DNA of 63,994 nucleotides, filler included, from Stramenopiles sp. TOSAG23-3 (Eukaryota), in NCBI GenBank assembly GCA_900128585.1. It is 5 parts of 5 records of this genome, joined end to end, with 100 filler letters (N's around TTAATTAATTAA, not from the genome) between each part and the next. Parts side by side here need not be neighbours in the genome. Positions count along the whole stretch, not along the records: positions 39,654 to 52,752 come from LT642643.1; positions 52,853 to 63,994 come from LT642755.1; 3 more parts are not named here. The stretch is one strand, 5' to 3'. The notes beneath the pieces are model-generated. The model made no database searches, had not been told where the DNA came from, and was given only the letters and a program-made list of their open reading frames with translations. Position 1 is the stretch's first letter; each line of letters opens with the position of its first letter. Shown here one piece after another: positions 51,840 to 61,448 of this stretch. The translations under genes were made by a program, and so were the position numbers.

Positions 51840-52026
51840 CGGGCCGAGTGCGCGTTCACCGCTTTCTAAGATCGTGATTTAGAGTAAATGTGCGTTCCTA
51901 GAATGGTACGCCTGATATAAACAAGTAAATATTTCCTGTCTTGAAAATCGCGTTAAAATGGTCGAGCACTCTCTCTCCTCTGCCTTTGTAAAAGCGACAG
52001 AAGGCAGCCACGCGGCCAAAAGGCGC

Positions 52027-52479
52027 CTATCTCCTTCTCCCATAGTACAGCAGGGAGGCTTCCCGAAAGTCCGCAAGCGCTTTCTGCAGCGTATCTGGGC
52101 ATTTAATTTTCCAACCATGTTTGACGTCGCACGCCATCTTTAAATATGCATGCCCCCGTTTGTACAGAAGTTCGTGCCTGGGTCCCGCTCCCCCCCCCCC
52201 GACTTCACACTTCCCCTCCACGCTCGGAGCGGACAGCAAAAGCGAGGTTTCTTTAATTACAACCTTTTCCTTTTCCAACATTTTCCTGCGCCTACGCCTC
52301 TTTCTCCCAACCTTGCTCGAGTCATCACTACCGTCTACGTCTACTTCCATACCACCATCAGGCGCACTTCCATTTTCAGGCCTTTGCGGGGATTTTCTTT
52401 TCAATTTGTGACCAAGACCCCCTTCGAACGCCTCCTGCCGAAAGCACGCAACTGGCCGGTTCCCCGACGAAGAAGCCAT
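52027..52479 (-). CDS. Hypothetical basic protein with possible single TPR-like hairpin
   Basis: ATG-started 150-aa ORF convergent with the scramblase gene; RKRRRRRK; LLYKRGHAYLKM..KALADFREA. Confidence 0.5.
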   Translation of the reverse strand: MASSSGNRPVACFRQEAFEGGLGHKLKRKSPQRPENGSAPDGGMEVDVDGSDDSSKVGRKRRRRRKMLEKEKVVIKETSLLLSAPSVEGKCEVGGGGAGPRHELLYKRGHAYLKMACDVKHGWKIKCPDTLQKALADFREASLLYYGRRR

Positions 52480-52752
52480 GGTAGACTACGGAACACACCA
52501 ACTTTAGACTAACAACGTACGTATATATGTTGACCCCGTACCCAGAAATCTATCGTTTCTTTTTCCTAGAATAGTCTTGGACCATATATTTAAGCTTGTG
52601 AACTGCATAAACGTTTCATTATGTATAAAAATGATCACAATTAATATGTAATTACTTTTACCAGAGGAGAAGTACCGGTATATAGTAGTAATTTAATAAA
52701 TATAATAACTAATATAATAATGATGAAAGAAGAATTTCTTTTTTTTGTTGTT

Positions 52753-52852
52753 NNNNNNNNNNNNNNNNNNNNNNNNNNNNNNNNNNNNNNNNNNNNTTAA
52801 TTAATTAANNNNNNNNNNNNNNNNNNNNNNNNNNNNNNNNNNNNNNNNNNNN
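52753..52852. other. Artificial contig-join linker
   Basis: N-TTAATTAATTAA-N, 100 nt. Confidence 0.95.
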
Positions 52853-53587
52853 AAAAAGACGAAAAGTGAAAAAAAATTCACAACCAACCGGGCGGCAATT
52901 TGTAAATTATAGCTCTCTTCTTCTTCGTTCATTTTCACACAATTGAACATTGTTGTGTATTCTTATCGTATCATACGTACAGTTACTTTTTTTCTAAGGT
53001 AGGGTGGTTTCAGTCAAATTAGTTAGATTGTATCTCTTAGTTCGTCCCTACCGCCGCTCACTGGATGGCACAAACACACGAATTGTTTTACATGGGCCTT
53101 TCTTCCGTTTCTCCTTCGCGCTACGTAGAGAGTTCAACTCGTCGTTTGTTGGACCAAATCAATACCCTGGGGGAAACGGGCAATAGCAGCCCGCAGCGGA
53201 AGAAAAAAAAAGAGAAAGGAAAGCGTCCAGCAAGATCTCGGTGTTTTTGCATGCCTGCATCCTTTGCCTTTTTCTCTATCATCATCTAGAACCATTTCAA
53301 AATGGAAGAACGCCTCAACACGCACGATCCTCCTCGACGAGTGTGTGCCCCTGACGTCGAAGGATCGATCGCTCGCACACCTTGATGGGAAAGGTCAAAC
53401 CAGGGAACTAATGTTATGATTTGGACCGGACCCGGTAGACTTGTCGTAGCCCCTCCCCAACAACCCTTTTTTTGTCTTCTCTTCGAAGAAGAAAAGGATC
53501 CCGTTCGCGTTCACCAAACGCCGAAGACCAACCGAAACGTAAACACAGCATAAAAAACGCCTCCCCCTCACGCCGACACAAGCTCGC

Positions 53588-53926
53588 TCACTGTATCATG
53601 CACAACATTTCCATCCCTGGAGAGTTCGGATTCTGAAGGCGAAACTGTATTCGTTCGGCGATAGCGTCCGCGGTCATTTCGGGCAAAGGACTTTCAAAAA
53701 TTGTATACACGGTCGGTGTTCCGTCCAGCGACCTTAACATTTGAAACGAACCCCCTCGTATGTACATGACTGCGCCTTTGCTGGATATTTGTTCCACCGC
53801 CTCTTTTGGCACTTGAAAGACAGCTTTCACACGGTCGTTCCCTAAATCTTCCAACGCATAGTCAACTTTTGGGTTCAAACTAATCCCAGTGACTGCCTTT
53901 TCAACTTCTGCCATACCTGATGCCAT
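53588..53926 (-). CDS. Small hypothetical protein ending in CaaX (CMIQ)
   Basis: ATG in GCCATGG context, 112 aa, globular composition, ends MLCMIQ*. Confidence 0.7.
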   Translation of the reverse strand: MASGMAEVEKAVTGISLNPKVDYALEDLGNDRVKAVFQVPKEAVEQISSKGAVMYIRGGSFQMLRSLDGTPTVYTIFESPLPEMTADAIAERIQFRLQNPNSPGMEMLCMIQ

Positions 53927-54461
53927 GGCTTCGGCGTAAATAGATACCTACGTAATACAAACACAACGGAAGGAGACACAGTTCAACGAAAACCTAAACT
54001 CGTAAAACGTAGCACAACGAAATAGAAAGCTGCCGGTGGTTTGCGTCTTCCTGTTTTCATTTAGAACAGTTAGGTCTTCTTTCTCTTTTGTTTGAACTCG
54101 TTTGTAGCAGCTGTACTACGACAATTTTTGTTTTTTTTTAATTAATAATAAAAAAAATATTTTTTTTTTTAAAACTCTCCTCAAAAACTCTCAAACAACG
54201 ACGAAAAATGGTGTCATCATAGGTTATAGAATGCGTTGTAACGAGTGGAGGTTTAACAAATGGACAAGTGTTTCATTGTTAGGTAGACGCCAGAGAAGTT
54301 TGTCAATCTGAAATCAAACGAAGAAGAAACGAAAAGTTTTTTAGTAAAAAAAAGATAATAGAATAGAGCGTAAAACAAAACTTCTTAGTAAAAAAACTTT
54401 CTTTCTTTCTTTCTTACGCCCCACGCCCGTTGGTTGTTTTGAGATCGTTCCCTCAACATTC

Positions 54462-55529
54462 TCAAACGATAACGCAAGTTTTTCCTTTTGATGGTGGTGG
54501 CGTGGTTAAAATGTCGGACAACAAATCCTCGGATGGTTTGGTCTCAGAAACGTGAAAATTGAATTCTTCCCAAAACCCGGACCCCGGGTTCGTTCGAGCA
54601 AGGGCTTTCGTTCCATTGCTTTCAATGACTTGTTCAAAGGCATTGATGCTCGCTTTGAACTCTTCGGATTCAAACTTTTTCTTTGTCTTTTTCGTCAAAC
54701 AATCTTTGTGCGATTCGTAATGGGACTTCATCGCGTCCGCGAAGGTTTTGTTCCCCACCGACCCGGAGGTCCCACCGCCTACTTTTGGCAACGCCCAACG
54801 GTACGGTTCGTTGCCCTGTTGTTCAAAGTAATGAATCAAATTCGACATGCCTGCGGATCGGTACAATTGGTACAGAGTGTTGCACAACCTACGCTTTAAG
54901 AAAACGTCCAACGCCGGGGTCTCCGCCCCGCGTCCGTACAAATGACTGATCTCTTTCGCTTTTCCTTTTTTCAACTCGTACTTTGGCCGTTCTTTCGTAA
55001 GGACGCCTTTCAAGACCTTTGCCTCCTTTGCTTTGTCCTCCCCCTCCCCCTCTATTTTGGACAACGTTCCGTGGTACGAGTAAAGGGCTTGAAGGGCGAA
55101 CTGAACCCCCCAAGCGGCGAAAAACATGTTGTTTCTTATCCCTTTCTTCGTTTCTAAGTCTTTCTGCATGTTGATGCAGACTTTGCTGAGTTCCTGGCAC
55201 GCCGTCGCAAAGCAATACTGAACCATGGCGTCTTCCTCCCCTTGGTTCGTGCAGCTGTCTGCAACTTCGAACCATTTGGAAAATTGGTTCGGAAGCGTCG
55301 AAGGCGTTTCTTCCACTTCCCGGACCGTATCGTACAAGTTCTTCGCCAACTGATCGTTCATTGGCGGTTGTCGCATTCCCCCTTGCAACGCACGGCGCGG
55401 ACCGGCACAACAACCGTCCATCCCCATCCCTGCATCGGCAGGTTTTAAAAATGCGCGCTTTGCCGTTTTATCCTTTGCCAATAAGGTAAACCCAAACTCA
55501 TACAACGCGTTTTCCACGACACTGGTCAT
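54462..55529 (-). CDS. Hypothetical helical protein ending in CaaX (CVIV)
   Basis: 355-aa ATG-started ORF ending SKGKTCVIV*. Confidence 0.8.
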   Translation of the reverse strand: MTSVVENALYEFGFTLLAKDKTAKRAFLKPADAGMGMDGCCAGPRRALQGGMRQPPMNDQLAKNLYDTVREVEETPSTLPNQFSKWFEVADSCTNQGEEDAMVQYCFATACQELSKVCINMQKDLETKKGIRNNMFFAAWGVQFALQALYSYHGTLSKIEGEGEDKAKEAKVLKGVLTKERPKYELKKGKAKEISHLYGRGAETPALDVFLKRRLCNTLYQLYRSAGMSNLIHYFEQQGNEPYRWALPKVGGGTSGSVGNKTFADAMKSHYESHKDCLTKKTKKKFESEEFKASINAFEQVIESNGTKALARTNPGSGFWEEFNFHVSETKPSEDLLSDILTTPPPSKGKTCVIV

Positions 55530-56341
55530 CGTCCGAGTAGTTCGCCTTGTACTTTGGTGGTTGGTTGGTCGACTAAATTCGTGAAATAATTCTCACCCGC
55601 GTTTCGGTATACAGTCCTTTACTTTAGTCGTCCGATCACACCTGTCTTGTTTAACCTTTTGCCCTTACATAAAATAAAAAACTCAGACAACAAAGCGAAG
55701 TGTGTCATTTGATCGCATAAACGACGAAACAACCAAAACGAAGAACCTTTTTTTCTTTTTTCTGGAAATGAAAAGTCAGTCCGTTTTAATGTTTGAAACA
55801 TGAATCGTTCGTTGATTAATTTGAATAAATGAAGCATGTTTCAGTAGAATACATTTAAAAGAAATTTCCGCCAAAAATTATAAATTATCCAAAAAAAAAA
55901 ATGATTATTTCTTCTTTTTTTGTATTTGTTTTGCTTTTTTGCTTGAAGAAAACAAATCGAAGACAGAAGAATGAAATAGGGAATGAATGTTTGAGTATGA
56001 ATTTGAATCTTTTTGTATGGGAAATTGGAATCGAGGAAAGTTTTCTGTGTTGTTGTTTTGGTCTTCTTCTTCTTCTTCATTCTTTTGTTGAATTAATTAC
56101 TGTTTCAGTGGTTGTGAGATTTGAGTAAAGGAGTGTTGAGTGTGCGCGACTGTTCCGTCGTTCCCCGTCTGTCGGCGGCCTCCCGTGCCAATCGCGTTAA
56201 TTCTATCGTGTTGTACCGATTGGTTCATTGGCTGGTTGATCGGGGGTGTTGTTGAGTGCGTTCCGTCGTTTTGCCTGTCTGTTCCCGTGCCACGTACTAC
56301 ATACACATATCGGTACGACCAAGAAGGAAGGAAAGAAAAGA

Positions 56342-59278
56342 ATGTTATCGTCAACCCCAACGGTGAACAAGAGAACGACGTGCCCGAACTGCGGGGAACC
56401 GTACACGTGGCCAAGTTATGACTGCCCGTTGTGCGGCATGTTGTTAACAGTAGAATCGGGGAAACATTCTGACCCTCTCGGGGCGTTGGGGTTGGGGCTC
56501 ATTTCGTCTTTTTTGGAAGTCTTGGACAACACCTCGGACAGTCCCACGGCGAGGGTACTGATAAAAGATGTCGCGGCCGGGATTGTGGCCTTCCAGCCCA
56601 TGTCCCTGTACGAGCTGTTCCAAAAAGTGGGGAAGGGGTCGACCGTGTCGGCCACGAGCAATTTGGCGATCAAGCAAGTGGGTGCCCTGCAGAGCTGGTT
56701 AGAGGGGTACCCGTGCAAGGAGTCGGCGACCCAGGAGGACGTTGGTAGCATATTTTTGACCCTGGCGCTCGCGTCGGGGAGCATGGAGTCGATCGTGTCG
56801 ATGGCCAACTTTTTCGTCAAGGTCGGGTACATTCCGATCGTGGGGGCGGACCTGATCCGGTCGATGGGGTTTACGCTGGACTACTTGCATGGGAAAATAT
56901 TGGAAGCGTATGGAAGGTGGTCCAACGCAATGACGATGAGCAAGTGGCTCTGCGAACGTTGCGGGACGTTGAACCAGTTTGCGCTGGGCACGTGCGACGT
57001 GTGCGCCGGCCCGCGCCCGGCCAGACAGTCCGCGACTGCGAGCGTGTCGATCATGGTCGGGGAAACCCTCCGTTCGGCGCACCCCCCTCCGCCCCCGAGC
57101 GAAGAGGAGGAGGAAGGGGAAACGAAAGAGGGGGGCGGGGCGGCCGGGAAAAAGAGAAAGTCCATTCACTTCTCTGTCGCGGAGAACGCCAAGATCGGCA
57201 CGACGCAGGAGGTGAACGGGAACCAATCGCAGTGCGCCGTCGACTTCAAATCGGCCCCGGTGAAGACCTTTGCCGGCTTTGGGCAAGTCTTGTTTTCGGA
57301 ATTGGAGAAGCTCTCCCGCATCAGCTTGTGGATGGAGCGGGGAGCGCTGGCCAGCGCGCCGCTCGTCGAACCGTTGACCATCGACGTGCGGCAAGCGTCG
57401 ATGGACTTTCTTACGGCTTCGATTCGCAACCACCTGCTGGACGCCACGAGAACCAAGGAGGTTGTGAACGACGACAGCACGCTGAGTTTGAAGCTCATGT
57501 GCCTGCTGCAGTTGCTGAAGCTGAACCTGCGCCGGCTGAGGACGGTGCAGGACGACCGGAAGCGCAAGCGGCACCTCGCGACGGTCGACGGGGACGCTCT
57601 GCTCCAGGCCTTTGCCATCGTCGACGGATCCAGCGCGATGCAAAACGACGGGCTCAAGGCGGAGATCCTTGCCGTCCAGCTGGAGATGGTAACGATCCAA
57701 GGGCCCGAGGCAATCTTGAACATGATGCACGCGGCGCCAGGCAACGCCCCCGTCTTTGCAGGGGGCTGCGCTGCCATCGACAAGATATTGGCGGGTGCTG
57801 ACTTGGACACCAACAGACGCATAAGCAGCCTGCCCGCAGACTCTGGGGTGGTCGGGCAACTGCAACGCGGGAACGCGGGGCCCGTGCTGCTCCAGGCGTT
57901 GAGCACATTTGGAGGAAACATGTCGGTGGTTCGCCCGGCCCTCTCCATTTTGGCCGGTGCACTGGAGGTGGTGGAGCCGTCGGAGGAAAGCTGGCGGGCC
58001 GTCGTGCAGACGATGACCGCGGTCTTCCACAACGAGGCGTGCCTTCTCCATTGCCTGCGAGTCGTGTGCCACGTGTGCCAGAGTGCGGCGATCAACATCG
58101 AGAACGACATTACGCGTGCGACGATAAACCTTGCCGTCAACGCGATGCGCAACCACATGGTGGAGGACGTGCAGGAAGTGTGCATCTCGTTGCTGCTGCT
58201 CGTTGTCCAACGGGGGGAGAACGGCCCGGTCCAGTACGTGAACTACATCGTCGACGCGGGCGGCGTCCACACCACGATCTCCGGCATAACGATCTTGGAG
58301 CACCGCCACGAGTCGAAGCGCAAGGGTCTGGAGTTTTTGAGCACGTGCATGATAGACGAGCGCTGTTTCAACGACGTCCAAGTCCCCGTTGCCTTGGACT
58401 GCATCGACGCTTATCCGGAGGACAACTTCATGCTGACGAGCTGCATGAAGATCATTCGAATGCTCGTGGAGAAGTCTGCAAAGCGCCAGCGGTTCGTGGA
58501 ACTGCGCGGGGTCGGCTACCTCATACGGGTCATCATGTTCGCTTGCCACAATAAGACAGAAGCGTTGGGGGAAATTGCAGCAACAATAGTGTTCAAGTAC
58601 ATGAAACGGGTGAACCAGCGCGAACGCGGGAAGTTTGGCCAGATCGTGGCGACTTGCCCGACTGCCGACGAAGCGACCGCCCTGTGCGACGCGCTGGGAA
58701 AGCCCCCGTTTGAGAAAATGTCGACGTCCAAGAGGGTCGTGTCCAACGATACGGCAATGGGGTTAGTCTCGCACGCGATGGTGCGGTTGCAAGGCTCTTA
58801 CCCCTGGAACAAGGCGATCACGAAGGCCACCGTGTCCAGCTTCATGCTTGCGGCCCGGGCGCTCGCAGACCAAGCTGAAATCGACTGTTTGTTTTTCGCC
58901 CTGCGGCCCGCGCAACTCGTCGAGATGATGGGTCGGTACGTCGACGAGCCGGCCATGCAAAGGGACGGCTGCTGGCTGTGCAATTACCTTGCGGAGTCGA
59001 ATAGGGACGCGCTAGTAAAGGCAGGGGGGTTCGAAGCGATCGTTGCGGCCATGCAAACCCACCCAACGGAAGAAACCGTTCAGATTGGCGGCTGCATCGC
59101 GATCATGAACGTGTCAGGGCAACGGGGAGGGGGCCGTGGAAAACGGGCAAGGAAGGCCGGGTGCGAGACTGCGATAAAACACGCGTGCGAACTGCTGGAA
59201 ACGGCAGGGCAACCGGAGAGCTTGGCGGCAGCAAAGTTGGCGTACAAACGAATGAACAAAAAGTGTGAAGTCATGTAA
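56342..59278 (+). CDS. Zinc-ribbon + RanBP2 zinc finger + armadillo-repeat protein ending in CaaX (CEVM)
   Basis: CPNCG..CPLCG; WLCERCGTLN..CDVCAGPRP; ARM-like AGGFEAIVAAMQTHP..VQIGGC; ends KRMNKKCEVM*. First ATG at 56342. Confidence 0.85.
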   Translation: MLSSTPTVNKRTTCPNCGEPYTWPSYDCPLCGMLLTVESGKHSDPLGALGLGLISSFLEVLDNTSDSPTARVLIKDVAAGIVAFQPMSLYELFQKVGKGSTVSATSNLAIKQVGALQSWLEGYPCKESATQEDVGSIFLTLALASGSMESIVSMANFFVKVGYIPIVGADLIRSMGFTLDYLHGKILEAYGRWSNAMTMSKWLCERCGTLNQFALGTCDVCAGPRPARQSATASVSIMVGETLRSAHPPPPPSEEEEEGETKEGGGAAGKKRKSIHFSVAENAKIGTTQEVNGNQSQCAVDFKSAPVKTFAGFGQVLFSELEKLSRISLWMERGALASAPLVEPLTIDVRQASMDFLTASIRNHLLDATRTKEVVNDDSTLSLKLMCLLQLLKLNLRRLRTVQDDRKRKRHLATVDGDALLQAFAIVDGSSAMQNDGLKAEILAVQLEMVTIQGPEAILNMMHAAPGNAPVFAGGCAAIDKILAGADLDTNRRISSLPADSGVVGQLQRGNAGPVLLQALSTFGGNMSVVRPALSILAGALEVVEPSEESWRAVVQTMTAVFHNEACLLHCLRVVCHVCQSAAINIENDITRATINLAVNAMRNHMVEDVQEVCISLLLLVVQRGENGPVQYVNYIVDAGGVHTTISGITILEHRHESKRKGLEFLSTCMIDERCFNDVQVPVALDCIDAYPEDNFMLTSCMKIIRMLVEKSAKRQRFVELRGVGYLIRVIMFACHNKTEALGEIAATIVFKYMKRVNQRERGKFGQIVATCPTADEATALCDALGKPPFEKMSTSKRVVSNDTAMGLVSHAMVRLQGSYPWNKAITKATVSSFMLAARALADQAEIDCLFFALRPAQLVEMMGRYVDEPAMQRDGCWLCNYLAESNRDALVKAGGFEAIVAAMQTHPTEETVQIGGCIAIMNVSGQRGGGRGKRARKAGCETAIKHACELLETAGQPESLAAAKLAYKRMNKKCEVM

Positions 59279-59439
59279 GCTAACATTTTATTAAATTAAA
59301 ATTTAAAAAACATAAAAATGGGTGTCTAAAAGAAGAAAACTTTAAAAACAAAAACTTTGTCCTAACTTTGTAACTATAATTTATTTGATGAAAACAGTAT
59401 AGTGTAAGTTGTGATTAAATTATAACATTGAACTGCCAC

Positions 59440-61047
59440 TTAAAGGTCTTCGGAGACAGCAGACGATGGGCCCGTGGGCCTGCACACAAACACGTCGTAG
59501 TTCGCTTCATTGCAAGTACACACAGGGCGTTCCGGAAACTTTTTCTTGGAGTCCCAATCGCAACATACGACAAGCTTTGGATCTTTCCCCAGCAGCATCT
59601 GGTTCGGGACGGGGCGCACCCCTTTCTTGTGCTCCTCTGCTGCTGCAGTTATTTCATCGTGGGCGGTTTTGTACTCGAGCGTCTCGGGCGACAACGGGTA
59701 GTTCTCCGATGGGTCGTGCTCGATGTGGTAGATCAACGGCGGGTGGTGGAACTGCCCGTTCGCACTGTGCGAAAAGTTGCTGGTGACGTAGTGCAGTTTG
59801 TACTTTCCGCACCTCACCGCCCAAAGCCCTGGGCAAGTGTCGTGGCCTACAGGGCACTTCAAGTCGGGAGTTCCCTTGTAAATGAAAATACAATCGTGCA
59901 AAGTGTCGTCGTCTTTCGTGCCACCAAACAGAACGGGCGACATGTCTTTCCCATCGACAATGCGGTCCGTTGGCAGTTTTGCTCCCGCAAGAGCAAGGGA
60001 AGTGGCGAAAATGTCATACGTCGCTACCACGGTCTGGGAGACTTGCCCGGGGGCAATCTTTCCGGGCCAAGAGGCAATGCCCGGCATCCTGACTCCGCCC
60101 TCCCACGTTGTCTGCTTCCCCCCTCTGAACAGTCCCGCCGAGCCTCCGGCAAGCCCCTTGATGAGCCATGGGCCGTTGTCGGACGTAAAAAAGACCAGCG
60201 TGTTTTCTTCCGCCCCAGATTCTTTTAAACCTTGCAGTATTTTTCCAATGCTATCGTCCAGCTCCCCGAGCGCGTCCCCGAACCTGCCGCGCTTGGTTTT
60301 GTTGCACCACTTTGGATTGGCGAAATCTGGAACATGAACGTGGTTGAACGCCATGTACAGAAGAAAAGGGACGGTCTTGGAAGCACTGGACTTTATGAAC
60401 TTGACACTCTCTTCGACGTACCGGTCAGAGAGCAGGTTTAAGTCCGTCGGTTGCTCGATGATCTCGACGTGACCTTTCGACTGCGAACGGACCAACGGCA
60501 GCGGGGGCCGGTCCACGCTTTCGTAGTAATCCCACGCACTCGCACCCATATCGTCGCTGTACGGAATACCGTAGTACTCGTCGAACCCGTGGTTTGTCGG
60601 CAGGAACTTTGTTTGCTGGCCTAAGTGCCACTTTCCCACCGCTTTCGTAAGGTAGCCAGCGTCTTTCAGGGCTTCCGCTATCGTTGTCTCGTTTTCGGGA
60701 AGGCCACCGACGGCGTCGCCGTTGAAGACGCCCCCGTACCACTGGGCGCCGGAAGTGCCGGTCCGGATGGGAAGCCGCCCCGTCATCATGGAGCCCCGCG
60801 ACGGCGAGCACACGTGGAACGCAGAGTACCACTGGGTAAAGCGTATCCCACTATGGGCGAGCCTGTCAATGTTTGGGGTAACCGTCGTCGGGTGACCATT
60901 GCTAGAAAGATCACCGTACCCAAGATCATCGGCAAAGAGAATCAAAATGTTCGGGCGCGAGCCTTCCAAGGAGTCCGCCGCACAAACACCCAGAAGCGCT
61001 ACAAGGAGCACAAGGACCCCGCGCAAACTGAAATGCCGTTGTGCCAT
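59440..61047 (-). CDS. Formylglycine-dependent sulfatase (arylsulfatase A/G-like), secreted or lysosomal
   Basis: Signal peptide; PNILILFADDLGYGD, CSPSRGSMMTGR, GKWHLG, FTSDNG, KQTTWEGGVR and DPSE. Confidence 0.96.
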   Translation of the reverse strand: MAQRHFSLRGVLVLLVALLGVCAADSLEGSRPNILILFADDLGYGDLSSNGHPTTVTPNIDRLAHSGIRFTQWYSAFHVCSPSRGSMMTGRLPIRTGTSGAQWYGGVFNGDAVGGLPENETTIAEALKDAGYLTKAVGKWHLGQQTKFLPTNHGFDEYYGIPYSDDMGASAWDYYESVDRPPLPLVRSQSKGHVEIIEQPTDLNLLSDRYVEESVKFIKSSASKTVPFLLYMAFNHVHVPDFANPKWCNKTKRGRFGDALGELDDSIGKILQGLKESGAEENTLVFFTSDNGPWLIKGLAGGSAGLFRGGKQTTWEGGVRMPGIASWPGKIAPGQVSQTVVATYDIFATSLALAGAKLPTDRIVDGKDMSPVLFGGTKDDDTLHDCIFIYKGTPDLKCPVGHDTCPGLWAVRCGKYKLHYVTSNFSHSANGQFHHPPLIYHIEHDPSENYPLSPETLEYKTAHDEITAAAEEHKKGVRPVPNQMLLGKDPKLVVCCDWDSKKKFPERPVCTCNEANYDVFVCRPTGPSSAVSEDL

Positions 61048-61448
61048 GATTGCTGTAAGATTGAACGCCAATTAAGACTAACTGTGGAAGGACACTAACT
61101 TGATATTCGTGAGGTATGGAATTGTTCCACCAAAGGATGCAAAGGTGGTGAATATACGTAGTCCGTGACACGTGGCGAAAACATTCAAAGATGAAAAAAA
61201 AAAGAAATTATTCTCAGTCAAGAGTCAGCGCGCGCCGTCGTTTCTTTTTTCTTCTTTCTTCTTTTTTTAAATAAAAAAAAAAATAATAAAAAATCTCAAC
61301 ATGAATTAAGGAGTTCTGTTTAAATACGATTACTTTGTTTGAATGCTGGATTAAGTTTGGTAGTATCTTTTACAATGGGATAATGAAAATAAATACCTTA
61401 ATTAGAATAATAATAATTTAGATTTACTTATAAGAATTAAAAAGTTAA

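Noticed and set aside
13140..52852. TTAATTAATTAA motif recurring every ~13.2 kb
   Set aside because: It sits inside 100-nt N blocks and is a six-frame-stop linker. The internal contig lengths (13110, 13104, 13099) decrease, as in size-sorted concatenation. It is an artefact and invalidates gene adjacency across the joins.
53004..53580. Short ORFs and moderately GC-rich sequence downstream of the CMIQ gene
   Set aside because: No coding or RNA-gene signature I can support; may be UTR.
56699..58549. 616-aa antisense ORF
   Set aside because: Shadow of a GC-rich sense gene with no motifs. The same applies to antisense ORFs over PRMT5, kinesin, sulfatase and the kinase.
59440..59454. Sulfatase C-terminal SEDL as an ER-retention signal
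   Set aside because: Not a canonical KDEL/HDEL-type motif, so it cannot be supported.
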